Below are positions 30,624-41,800 of a DNA stretch of 64,000 nucleotides, piece after piece. Made by a program: the position numbers and the translations under genes. The stretch is from Chthoniobacterales bacterium (GTDB lineage Bacteria > Verrucomicrobiota > Verrucomicrobiia > Chthoniobacterales > Chthoniobacteraceae), in NCBI GenBank assembly GCA_038207335.1, contig JBBQZX010000003.1, forward strand, positions 192,001 through 256,000, given 5' to 3'. The notes beneath the pieces were generated by a model. That model saw only the letters and a list, made by a program, of their open reading frames with translations, did no database searches and was not told the origin of the DNA. The stretch's first letter is position 1; the number at the start of each line of letters is the position of its first letter.

Positions 30624-31666
30624 GCATCGGAACTTGGATTAAAATCGTGCTGGTGCTCGCGATCCTGCTGCTCGTGAGCGGCGTCGCTTACGTGATCCCG
30701 GAGACGGAGCAGATCATCATCACGCAATTCGGTGAGCCGATCGGTGCGCCGATCACGGATGCCGGGCTGCATTTCAAAGTGCCGTTCATTCAAGATGTGA
30801 ATCGCATCGAAAAACGCGTGCTCGAGTGGGATGGGCCGAGCGCCGAGATGCCGACGAAAGACAAGCTCTACCTCGTTGTCGATGCCTTTGGCCGGTGGCG
30901 CATCAGCGATCCGTTGCGATACTTTTTGCGACTCCGCGACGAGCGCAGCGCGCAGTCGCGGCTCGACGACATCCTCGGCAGCGAGACGCGCAACACGATC
31001 GCGCGGCACAAGCTCGTGGAGCTGATCCGCACGACGAAAGACCGCACCGCGGCGGTCGATGACGCGCTCGTGAGCAACAATAGCGGGACGGTCTCGGCGG
31101 GGCTGCCGCCGATTCAGTTTGGGCGCGTGGCGCTCGAAAAAGAGATCGGCGACCAGGCGCGCGCGAAGCTCGCAGAATTCGGCATCGAGCTGCTCGACGT
31201 GCGCTTCAAGCGGATCAACTACAACCCGGCGGTGAGCGCGAAAATCTTCGACCGGATGACGAGCGAGCGCCGGCAGATAGCGGATCGTTTCCGCAGCGAA
31301 GGCGCGGGTGAAGCGGCGAAGATCATGGGGAGTAAAGAGCGCGATCTTTTCGAGATCGAATCCGAGGCATATCGCTCCGTGCAAGTGACACAGGGCAAGG
31401 CGGATGCAACGGCAGCGGCGATTTATGCGGAGGCATACAATTCGACGCCAGAGGCGCGTGAATTCTACGGCTTCACGCGGACGCTCGACACGTATCGCAC
31501 CGTTTTTGCGAGCGGCACGACTGCGGTGCTGACGACTGACGGGAGCTTTCTGCGGCTGCTGAAGGGCGAGGAAATCAAGCCCACTGCCGCGGCTGTGAAA
31601 GCGCCGCCGCCGCCCGGGCCGCCCGCAGCTCCCGCGCTGCCACCCGCTGCGCCGCCGGTTCCGTAG
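30620..31666 (+). CDS. hflC: FtsH modulator HflC
   Basis: GLHFKVPFIQ, DVRFKRIN, RMTSER..A..FRSEG, EFYGFTRTL; GTGA overlap with hflK. Confidence 0.92.
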   Translation: MSIGTWIKIVLVLAILLLVSGVAYVIPETEQIIITQFGEPIGAPITDAGLHFKVPFIQDVNRIEKRVLEWDGPSAEMPTKDKLYLVVDAFGRWRISDPLRYFLRLRDERSAQSRLDDILGSETRNTIARHKLVELIRTTKDRTAAVDDALVSNNSGTVSAGLPPIQFGRVALEKEIGDQARAKLAEFGIELLDVRFKRINYNPAVSAKIFDRMTSERRQIADRFRSEGAGEAAKIMGSKERDLFEIESEAYRSVQVTQGKADATAAAIYAEAYNSTPEAREFYGFTRTLDTYRTVFASGTTAVLTTDGSFLRLLKGEEIKPTAAAVKAPPPPGPPAAPALPPAAPPVP

Positions 31667-31675
31667 TGCGGTGCG

Positions 31676-32455
31676 ATGGCGGATTTGACGATCACCTTTC
31701 TCGGAACGGGGACCTCGCAAGGCATCCCGGTGATCGGTTGCGATTGCGCAGTCTGCACCTCAGCCGATCCGCGCGACACGCGCACACGCTCGTCGCTTTA
31801 TTTGCAGACGCCGGAGTGCTCGTGGGTGATTGATACCGGCCCCGATTTTCGCGCGCAGTGCCTGCGCGAAAAGGTGCGGGTCGTGGATGCGGTCGTTTAC
31901 ACGCACTCGCATGCCGACCACATCATGGGCTTCGACGACCTGCGCGCATTCTCGCCTCCCGGCGGCATGCTGCCGGTCTATGCGTCGCCGGAGACGATGG
32001 CCGACATCGAGCGCACGTTCCTCTTCGCGTTCAATGGCCTGAACCGCTTCCCTGGCTACATCCATCCCGAGCCGCGCACCATCGAGGGGCCATTCATTCT
32101 CGGGAAAATCGAGCTGACTCCGCTGCTCGCAAAACACGGGCGCGCGCATGTATTCGGATATCTCTTTTCCAAAAATGGCGAGCGCCTCGCGGCGTATCTC
32201 AGCGACTGCAAATCGGTCTCCGATGCTGTGCTGGAGCGCATCGCCGGCGTGCGGCATCTCATCGTGGATGCGCTGCGCCGCAAGCCGCACCCGACGCACA
32301 TGAATGTCGAGGAGGCGCTGCTTTTCTCCGAGAAAGTGGGGCCGGGGCAGACGTGGTTCACGCATCTCTGCCACGATCTCGCGCACGCTGAAACGGAGAT
32401 GATGGTGCCCGCCGGAGTGCGCGTCGCGTTCGATGGGATGAAGATCGAAATATGA
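31676..32455 (+). CDS. Metallo-beta-lactamase-fold hydrolase (PhnP/lipoyl-relay-like)
   Basis: LGTGTSQGIP.GCDCAVC, IDTGPDFR, THSHADH, HPTH, THLCH. Confidence 0.88.
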   Translation: MADLTITFLGTGTSQGIPVIGCDCAVCTSADPRDTRTRSSLYLQTPECSWVIDTGPDFRAQCLREKVRVVDAVVYTHSHADHIMGFDDLRAFSPPGGMLPVYASPETMADIERTFLFAFNGLNRFPGYIHPEPRTIEGPFILGKIELTPLLAKHGRAHVFGYLFSKNGERLAAYLSDCKSVSDAVLERIAGVRHLIVDALRRKPHPTHMNVEEALLFSEKVGPGQTWFTHLCHDLAHAETEMMVPAGVRVAFDGMKIEI

Positions 32456-34068
32456 GCCCCATGAGCGTGCGGAAATTTCGTCGGTGGCTTGCAATTGCTG
32501 TGGGGGCTTCGATCGCGCAGTTGTTGCAGGCCGAAGAAAGCGGCTTGTCCGTCCGCGCGCCGACGGGCGATGCGCGTAAATCGGACGCCGCGATGACGGT
32601 CGTTGTCTTCAATGAAAGCGCCGCGGACTCAGGCGATCTGGCACGCTTTTATGCGAGCAAACGTGGCATCGCAAAAGACCACGTTCTCGGGCTGAAATGC
32701 TCCCTTGCGGAGGAGATCAGTCGCGACGAATACGACCGCGATATCGCGGAGCCGCTGCGGAAGATTTTCAAGGAGCGTGGTTGGTGGACGCTGCGCGAGG
32801 CGGATCATCCGCTCGGGCGTGTCGGCGCGAGCGAGATTCATTTCGTGGCGCTCATCCGCGGAATCCCGCTGCGGATCGCGCAGACCGGCGGATACGAGGG
32901 CGACAAGCCGAACGGCCCCGCCGCCGTCAGCACGCGAAACGAGGCGTCTGTGGATTCAGAACTCGCCGCGCTCGGCCTCTACACGCGGAGCATTTCGGGC
33001 ATCCTGCGGAATCCGTACTTCCACAGTTTCACTCCGATTGCCGATGCGCGGATGCCCGCGCTTTTGCTCGTCTGCCGGCTCGATGCACCAACGCCGGAGA
33101 TCGTGAAGCGGATGATCACCGACGCAATCGCGACGGAGCGCGTCGGGCTGCGCGGTTTCGCATACATCGACGCGCGTGGGCTAAAAGATGGCGGTCTGAT
33201 GGAGGGCGAAAAATGGCTCTTCAATATTGCCGACGACGCGAGGAAACGCGGCACCCCGGTGATCCTGGACAATGGCGAGGGGCTTTTTCCTGAGGCATAT
33301 CCGATGCGTTATGCAGCGCTCTATTTTGGCTGGTATGCGGAGAATGTGAGCGGTGCGGTTGCTCGCCCGGATTTCAAATTTCCGCCCGGCGCGGTCGCCG
33401 TTCACATTCATTCCTTCAGCGCGGTGACGCTGCGCGATCCGAAAAAATTCTGGTGTGCACCGCTGCTCGCGGCAGGTGCCGCGGCGACTCTCGGGAACGT
33501 CGCGGAGCCGTATCTTTCTCTCACGCCGAACCTCGACGTTTTTCACGAGCGTCTTCGCGAGGGCCTGACTTTTGCGGAGAGCGCGTGGGCGTCGGAACTC
33601 GCGCTCTCGTGGATGACGACGTGCATCGGCGATCCGCTCTACCGGCCATTTCAGGCTGATCATGATCTCGTAACTCCGCCGCCGAAAAACGAATGGACGA
33701 TCTATGCGGATGGAGCAAAAGCGTGGATTCGGAACCCGGCTGAAGGCGGCGCGGAACTCGCGGCAGCGGCGGAGAAGGCACGCAGTGGGATCATTTTCGA
33801 GGGGCTCGGCCTACTGCAGATTGTGGTCGGGCAGCCCGCCGCCGCGGTGGAGGCATTCGCCTCCGCGCAACGCGACTACACGAATCCCGAGGACAAAATC
33901 CGCGCGGTGATTCATGCCGTGATTCAACTCCGGGGGCTCGGGAAAAATGCGGATGCACTGGCGCTCACGCACAAGCTGCTCGGGCAATATCCGACCGCTC
34001 CCGCGAGCGGGATTTTGAGAATGTTTGAGGCGCAAATGGCCCCGCCCGCCGCCGCTCCGGCACGGTAG
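32452..34068 (+). CDS. TIGR03790-family protein with C-terminal TPR-like helices
   Basis: ASVDSELA, VCRLDAP, YFGWY, GAVAVHIHSFSA, GNVAEPYL, SWMTTCIGDPLYRPF. Confidence 0.8.
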   Translation: MSPMSVRKFRRWLAIAVGASIAQLLQAEESGLSVRAPTGDARKSDAAMTVVVFNESAADSGDLARFYASKRGIAKDHVLGLKCSLAEEISRDEYDRDIAEPLRKIFKERGWWTLREADHPLGRVGASEIHFVALIRGIPLRIAQTGGYEGDKPNGPAAVSTRNEASVDSELAALGLYTRSISGILRNPYFHSFTPIADARMPALLLVCRLDAPTPEIVKRMITDAIATERVGLRGFAYIDARGLKDGGLMEGEKWLFNIADDARKRGTPVILDNGEGLFPEAYPMRYAALYFGWYAENVSGAVARPDFKFPPGAVAVHIHSFSAVTLRDPKKFWCAPLLAAGAAATLGNVAEPYLSLTPNLDVFHERLREGLTFAESAWASELALSWMTTCIGDPLYRPFQADHDLVTPPPKNEWTIYADGAKAWIRNPAEGGAELAAAAEKARSGIIFEGLGLLQIVVGQPAAAVEAFASAQRDYTNPEDKIRAVIHAVIQLRGLGKNADALALTHKLLGQYPTAPASGILRMFEAQMAPPAAAPAR

Positions 34069-34080
34069 CGAGAACGATTT

Positions 34081-35181
34081 TCACCCCACGGTCTGCAAAT
34101 ACCACGCGATGATTTGCGGACCGGCGAAGAGCCAGACGAGCGCGGCAAAGGCGAGGTAGGGGCCGAACGGGATTTTCGCCGACCATTCGCGGCGGCCGAT
34201 CGCGATGGTCGCGAGGCCGATGAATGCGCCGACAGTGGACGCGCCAAAGACCGTAAAGAGCACAGCTTTCCAGCCGAGGAACGCGCCGATGCACGCCATG
34301 AATTTCACGTCGCCGAAGCCCATCGCCTCACGCGGAATCGTGATCTCGGCGACCTCGCCGGTGATAGTTTCGAGCTTGATGAGCTCCCACTTTTTGCCCG
34401 CGATTTCGAGGCGGTCGAAGCGGAACTCGAGCAGCGCATTTTCGAACCGTTCGCCATCGATCACCGCGGTCGTCGTGTGCATGAGCAGCCGGTCGGAAGC
34501 GCGCGAAAAAAACTCGCTCCAGAGCTGCGTCTCGTCGCCGACGATGAGCTCGGCGTCGTTCGCTTTCCGAGTCCACTTGAAGGCGGTCGGCTTCTCGAAA
34601 ACGATGCGCTTTTTGCCGAACGCCTTCTTCCCCAGTTCGACGACGCCCCACAGCAATCCGTACCCAGTCGTTGCGCCGATGATCGACCATAGACCAGCCT
34701 GCAGACTTGATTGTGTGCCCATCATGGCGGGCATCGCGAGGCTAAGCAGGACGCCGGCAACCGCACCGCCCCAAGTGATTTCATCCGGGATGATGAAGAA
34801 CTCGAGGTCGATGAAAGTGGCGACGACAAACAGGCTGGCGAGGATGAAATAGGGCAGCGCGAGTTCGGGGTGCCGCGGCCAGACGTGATGCCAAACGGCG
34901 AGGAAAAGGAGCCCGGTCAGCAACTCGACGCCGAAGTAGCGGACGGAGATTTTGCCGCGGCAATTGCCGCATTTTCCACGCAGGACGAGCCACGAGATGA
35001 GCGGCAGATTGTGGTGCCACGGGATCTGATATTTGCAGCTCGGGCAGAAGGAGCGCTTTGGTTTGTTGACCGAGAGATCGCGCGGCATCCGGTAGATGCA
35101 GACATTCAAAAACGAGCCGATCGCTGCGCCGAGAATGAAGGCGAATGTGGAGAAGAGGAGTTCGTAGGCGTGCGGCGTCAC
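34081..35181 (-). CDS. pilD: Type IV prepilin peptidase (A24) with internal insertion
   Basis: GSFLNVCIYRMP, CPSC/CGNC, FIDL, MGFGDVK, IPFGPYL. Confidence 0.92.
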   Translation of the reverse strand: MTPHAYELLFSTFAFILGAAIGSFLNVCIYRMPRDLSVNKPKRSFCPSCKYQIPWHHNLPLISWLVLRGKCGNCRGKISVRYFGVELLTGLLFLAVWHHVWPRHPELALPYFILASLFVVATFIDLEFFIIPDEITWGGAVAGVLLSLAMPAMMGTQSSLQAGLWSIIGATTGYGLLWGVVELGKKAFGKKRIVFEKPTAFKWTRKANDAELIVGDETQLWSEFFSRASDRLLMHTTTAVIDGERFENALLEFRFDRLEIAGKKWELIKLETITGEVAEITIPREAMGFGDVKFMACIGAFLGWKAVLFTVFGASTVGAFIGLATIAIGRREWSAKIPFGPYLAFAALVWLFAGPQIIAWYLQTVG

Positions 35182-35263
35182 GGCGGGGAGATTTGAATTA
35201 AAGACGAAAAAGAGAAGTGCGGAGTGCGGGTGTTTGGGGTTATAGAGCGGGAATCAAACCACT

Positions 35264-35785
35264 ATGAAACGCGCGCTTCTTTTTCTGTCTCTCGCGTCTG
35301 CACTCGTTTTCGTTCCGGCGCTGCGCGCGGAGGTGAGCGCGATCTCGGTGCGGGCGGAGCAAATCAGCAAGGACGAGAACTCGAAGTTCACGAAGACGCA
35401 GGTGAAGACGCTGAAGATCATTTTGAACAATAGCTCGGCGCAGGACGTGGATGGGCTGCTCGTGAAGTATTATTTTTTCGGAAAAGCGGTGAACGATCAC
35501 GACGTGGTGATCCTCGATAAAGGGGAGAAGGCGGCGAGTGTGAAGGCGCACGGGAGCGAGATCGTCGAGTCGGCGTCGATGACGGCCAAATCGACGGAAG
35601 CGCATCAAACGGGTAGTCCGAATGGGAAGAAAAAGGGCGGCAAAGGCGGGGCTGCGCCGAAAAAAGTGGCGGCGTCGGGGGAGAAAGTGACGGGCTACGG
35701 TGTGCAGGTGTTGGACAAGGGGAAGGTGGTCGCTGAGTACTTCAGCGCGCCGAGCTTGAAGCAGGAAGTCGGCGGGAGTCGGTGA
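35264..35785 (+). CDS. Secreted Lys-rich hypothetical protein (probable beta-sandwich)
   Basis: Signal peptide ending ALRA; alternating beta-strand pattern. Confidence 0.75.
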   Translation: MKRALLFLSLASALVFVPALRAEVSAISVRAEQISKDENSKFTKTQVKTLKIILNNSSAQDVDGLLVKYYFFGKAVNDHDVVILDKGEKAASVKAHGSEIVESASMTAKSTEAHQTGSPNGKKKGGKGGAAPKKVAASGEKVTGYGVQVLDKGKVVAEYFSAPSLKQEVGGSR

Positions 35786-35834
35786 TTGCCGACCGCTGAT
35801 TCGGCAAAGCTTGAACCGCGAGCGCATTCTCGCG

Positions 35835-38800
35835 CTACTCGCTCGGCGGAATTGCTTCGCGGACGAGTGCGCCGTTCGCCTCGCTCATGATGAGGATCGA
35901 CATGCGCGCGACTTCGCCGATTTCGTCCGGACGCAGCATTTGCGTGTCGAGCGTCGCGGTGTCGGCCGTGGCAGTGCGCGGCATCGGGACGACGGGTGGC
36001 ACGGGGTGCTCGCTGGAGTTCAGGCTCGCGTAGTCGAAGCGCCCGCGGAGGTCGGTGTAGCCGTCTTTGTAAAAGCGCACCTGGCCGTTCTTCAGCCGCG
36101 CGTACACTTTCACGTAGGCCTTGCTCACGGGCCGATTCGCGGCCTGGTCGCGAAGCTCGAGACGCCCGTAATTTTCCGCCAGCGTGAGCCGCAGCGTGTT
36201 CGCGTGATGCGCCTCCGTCTTGCGCTGTCCGGCGCCGAGCACCTCCACGAGCACGTTCGATTTCGCAAACTCCGCCGGCAGCGGAATCTCCATCGCCTCC
36301 TTGTCCGCGGGCAAAACCTGCCGCACGGATTTGCCCGGCTTGATGATCGAAAAGCGGCTCGCGTCTTGCGTCACGAACGGGCTGCTGCTGAAGAGGAACT
36401 CCGGGTCCATGAGGTAAAAATTCACTGTCACCTCGCTCAGATTTTTCCATGTCATCGCGATCGCGCCACCTTCCACTTTGAACTCGAACGACGGCTCCGT
36501 CGATGCGAGTTCGCCCTGCTGTCCCTCGCGGTTTGGCTTCCCATCAGGGTTTGCGGGCGGTTGCGCTTTTCCTTCGATCTCGTCGAGCTGAGCGGTCACG
36601 CCGGAGAAAATCTTGCGCCAGCGATCCACGGGATACGCAGCGTATGCCGCGGCCACGGTGCGCGCGTCGGCAAGCTTTTCCTCATAAAACGCGGCGTAGC
36701 AGCGGAAGTAATCGTGCTGGATGCGAGTCGGCAGCTCCGCCGGTTTCACGCTGGCGAAGAGCGCCAGCGCCTCCTCCACGCGATCCTGCAGGAAGAGGAA
36801 ATAGACGACGCTCATTCGATCCATCGCGTCGAGCGCGGGCTTGTGCGCGAGGATGCCGAGCAGCGCCTGATACTGCCCGCGCACGACGGGATTCGGGATG
36901 CGGCTCTCGCCACCGAGTCGGTGCGAGCGCTGGTTCACGAGCGGGCTGTATTCGAGCTCCTGAAACGTGCGGCGCTCGATGGGGTCGATCGTGATCAGCT
37001 TGCTCGCGAGGTACGGCCCGCAGCGCGCGAGGAAGTCGTCGTGATGACGCAGCCATTCACGCAGCGCGTCGGTGTCGTCGTGGACGACCGCATACGAATA
37101 AATCGTGTCGTTGTAGATGTGCCGCTGCTCTAGCACGCCGATGAGTTTGCGGAAAAAGTCCGCGCTTTTCCTCGCCCGCCACGCGATGCGCTCAAGGCTG
37201 ATTTGCTCGAGACTGTGCGCCGCGAGAAATACGAACACGTCCGCATCGGTGCCATTTTGCGACACGTAATCCCACGAGGTCGTGTCCGGCTTCGTGAGCT
37301 TTTGCACCACGTTGAATGCAAACGCCTTGCCCGCTCCCACCGTCATTTCATCGCGGGAGACATGCACGGGGTAGTGCGGCAGCTCCTCCTTTGCCGGCGC
37401 GGGGAAGTAGAAGAAATACTCGAGCCGCTGCGTCGTGTAGGACTCCAGCCGCACGCGTTTGCTGTCGGTCGCCTTGCTGCCGAGCACCGGCAGCGCGCCG
37501 CGCGGGATTTGAAGGAGCAGCGCGAGTTTCTGCGGCGCGGAGGTCGGGTTCGTCACGACCACATTCGCGCCATACACGACGCCCGCGATGAATTCGCCCG
37601 TCACGTATTTGTCGAATTTTTCACTCCCCTCGGCCCGCACGCGATCGTCCTGCCGGAAAAAGTTTTCGCTCACGAGCAGCTCGCCCTGCTGCGGCGCGGC
37701 TTGCGCCGGTTTGATCTCCTTGTGGAAAGCGATGAGCGCTCCTGCCGCCGTGAGCGTGAACTGCCGCCCAGCGGTTTTCGTCGCGTGCTTCGGTGCCTCG
37801 AAGGGCAGGTCGAGCGCTGCGAGCGCGAGCATCATCTCGGAGAAGTTATGGCTCGCCTCCGCGACGCTTTTCGACAGGAACGGCGCCTTGCCATCCCAAG
37901 CCGCGAAGTCGCTCCAGAAGGCGTTCACTGGGATCAATTCCGCCGTCTGCTGATCGAGCGGGAGGTTGTAGTAATTGTTCTCCGCCCATTCTTTCGTCGG
38001 CCCCAGCGCGCGGAAAAACTGCCGCACAGTGCCGCGAAGCCGCACGGCATCCTCGTCGAGAGCGAGCCCGAAATACGCTACGGTCTCGGGGAGTTTGATG
38101 GCGTCGGACTTACTGAATGCGTCGGACAACTCCTCCAGTTTTTTGTCATCTTTTTGCGTTGCCAGCGTCGCCATCCGCGTAACGCCCGCGACTCTTCCGG
38201 CCATCGTCGTTGCCATCGGCTTCGCAGCCGACTTGACCTGCATCTCCGCGAGTGCTGGAGCCGCCGCCGGCTCCAGCACATCCATCGCCACCGCCTGCTC
38301 CTTTGCCTCGCCAAACGCGCCCCCTGACGCGCCCTGCAGCGCCTTGCCTCGCAGTGCGGTTTCAAAAAACAGGTCATCGCGTTCCGCATCCGGCGGCTGG
38401 AGGTCGAGCGTCTCGCGCAGGTGTCGCGCGATGCCGGCGGCAGCGGCGGGCAGGCGTTGCGCGAGCAGCGCGCGCTCGGCGGCGTTGAGGCGCTCGAATT
38501 TCCACGGCTCCAAAAACCGCGACAGGTCCGTGCCGAGCAGCCATTCATCGAGGAACTGCTTCTCCTTTTTATTCGCCAAGTTCGGCTTCACCACTTTGGC
38601 GAAAAAGTCGGGGTCTTTCCGCGACAGGAAGAAGTTCAACTCGTGGCACGCGAACTCCGAATACTTCGCGCGCTTCTCCTCCTCCTTGAGCTTCGGCCAG
38701 TCGAGGATCCACGCGAATTTCGCGAGATTCGCATCGTGGCTGAGCGTGGTGAAAAGCGCGTGGATCGACGCGAGCGAGTCGTAAGCCTCCAGCTCGGAAG

Positions 38801-41800
38801 TGAGCAAATCCGGCAGCACCAGCGTCTGGCCGGTCGCGAGGAGACTCACCTCCTTGCGCTCGCTGAAGGGCTTTTGCGGATCGAGATTCCGCGTCAGCCG
38901 CAGGTCTTGAAATTTCGTCGGCACCTCCGGCAGCGCGAACGATCGCATCACCGCGCTCGTCAAATCCTCCGCATAAACCTGCACCTGCTGCCGGTCGCCG
39001 AGCAGCTTCTTGGGAATCCACGCGATGCCGTTTTTGTCGGGGACGATGTTGAAAAAAGTCGGCGCGACGGTGGCGAGAAAGTCGAGGTCGGGGGTGGGAG
39101 TTTGCATGATCGATGCCTGCGCCACATCTCCGCGTGCTGCGCGCGACATCGGGTCCGCAATTTTCTGCCGCACCTCCCGATCGCCCGCGGCTGCTTTAGC
39201 TGTCTCCCCGGCCGCCATTGATTGAGCGCTCAAGTCTGTGGAGCGCACCTCCCAGGGATTCAACAGGAGGCCTGGTCGCGGGAGCATGTTGCCCGGGAAA
39301 ATTTTCGAGTATCGACGCTCCAAGATGTAGCGGAACTCGTCCCCGATGGGACGACCCGCCGCGAAGAGATTTGGTCTCCGTGCAGGTGTCACGATGCCCG
39401 GCGTTGGTTGCTCGAAGTGAGCAAGCGTCGTTAAAAAATTCCCGGAATCGGGGTAAAAGTGCGTTGCCGCTACGTGCACTCGCGTGAACGCATTTACGTT
39501 ACGGATCTGCGCCGCGAATGAGTCACCGTCGTCCCGGATGTTTTCGATTTGCACCGGTTCAAATGCGCGGACTTCCAAATCGCGGCTCTTCGAGACAAGC
39601 CAGTTCAATACCGGAGCACCGGCGGTTACCCGGATGTCGAAATGTCGATCGTCCGGCTGCACGACCAACGTGTAGTCGCCTGGGGTCAGTCCTTTGACGT
39701 GCACGAATCCGCGAGCGATCGAGATCTCGGCAAAATGATCCGCGACATACGAATCGCCGACTTTCTCCAGCAGTGAGGCGTCCTCGGGCCGCAGCGGACC
39801 TGCGCCGCCAAACCACGGGACTTCGATCATCTGTCCTGCGCGCGCGTGGATGACCCGCGTCTGTATGGACTCATCGAGTTTAAGCGCCCAAGTCCGCTGA
39901 CCGACGCCGTTCGCAAACGACGCTCGCACGCTCCCGATTCCATCGAGCGCACCGAGATCCACCCGGCCGCGGGCATCGCTTCGCAGCGCGATATTGATCG
40001 TGTTGCGAAAGTCGCGATGCGTGAGCTCGATGACGATTTGCTGATCCGCCAGCGGCTCCGCGTTTTTGCCGAGAAGATCGACCACGTATGCCGCACCGAT
40101 CCGGGCGAAATGCGCGTCGACTGTCGCCGCGGTTTTATCGATGCCGTTCACCTCCCATGTTTTCGTCGCCGAGACTTCGTTCTTCTCCCCGCCCGCGCTG
40201 AGATTTTCCACCTTCGCGGTGAGGGTGACCGTGAGCGTTGCGAGCCGCTCGGGCACCGTGAATTTCTGCGTCTCGTCGCGCTTCGGATCGAACGCGATGC
40301 CCGTCACATCTTTGGTCGTCGAGATGCCGTCGAGCGTCGTTGAGGTGATCGCGAGTTTCACATCCTGGAGCAGGCTCGGCGCGATGATCGCGTCGCCGAG
40401 ACGCAGCGCCGCGCGGATCGCCAGCGTGGCCTCGCGCCCGCCGAGGAGCTGCTCGCGCGGGATGTGAAATTGCGCGTCGAGCGAGTAGCTCTCCGCGTGA
40501 TGCTCGAAGCTCGTGAGCGTCGCAAATTCGCCCGCCGCATCCGCGAGGATCACCGGCTTCGTCCCCGGCTGTTTCGTGAACGGCACGATGATTCGACCGG
40601 TCTTTTCGTCAGGAGTCAATTTGCGTCCGTCCAGCCATGCCACAGCATCCGGCACGATTTGCTGCGCCTCGTCGATGATGCTGAGCATGTCGCCCGCGGG
40701 GCCGGTCTGCTGCAGCACATGCCACTGCCCCTTGCGGATGAGAACGCGGCTCGATTTCCCTCCACCGATGAATTCGATGACCCACGCGCCACGCCGTTTC
40801 GCGAGTTCGGGGAACTTGAAAGTGCGCGGCGTGCGCAGCAGCGGCGCCGCCATGATTTGCTCGGTCTTTTCCGAGTTCGCCACGAGCCCGTCGAGCGGCA
40901 GGTCGGTGTTGAGCTGGCGGTTGTTCGCGAGGAAAAAGCTCAGCGCGTTCACCTCGTAGATTTTCACGATCAGCTTCGGCGCGTTCTTCGTGATGACATC
41001 GATCGCGACCGGATCGGCGGGCGCGAAGAACTGCGGATTCGCCGGATTGAAGTCGATATCGACGCGCTCTTTCAGCGCCTGGAATGCTGTGGGAGAGAGC
41101 AACGCCGCCCATTTCTCCGGCGCGCCAACGCCGTGCGTGATCTTCGATTCTGCAAAGATCGGCTTGAGAAAATCGTCCCGCAGATACGGCGCAAAGGCGC
41201 CCCAATCCGGCGCGTCTTTCAGCAGCTCGAGCAGGAACTCGCGTACCAGCCAGGTGTCGTCGCCGATCGGCGTCGAGATGCTGAGCGCCGCGCCGTTGAG
41301 GTCGGCATTCAGGTCGATCGCGTGGTCGCCGCGGCTGCCGCGATCGAGATATTCCGGGCGCATGTATCCGGCGCGTCGCGGGAGTTTCAGATACTCGAGA
41401 AAGCGCGCCTTGTCGTAAACGCCGCGGCTGCGGTCGAGCAGCAGACGCGCGTGCAGGATGTGCGCTTTGAGCGTGTTGAAACTCTGGCTCAAATTTTTCG
41501 CGTAGCCCCACGCGCGCTCCAGCCACGCTTCCCGCTCCGCGAGGTCAAACTCGATATCGACATCCGCATTCGGCAGAAATTTCCGCAGCCGCGTGAAGAC
41601 GAACTCCTGGCTGTCCAGCAAGCCGGGGAGCTGTTTTGCGAGCTGATCGAGCTGCTCGGGGAGCAGCAGTTTGTGGATCGGGTATTCGCCGAATCCGCGG
41701 CTCTCCTTCGTCTGCAAATCCGCCGCGATGAGCGCGACCAATCCCTCCACATCCGGTCGCTGAATCGCGCTCAACAAAGAGCGCCGCTGCGATGGAGTGA

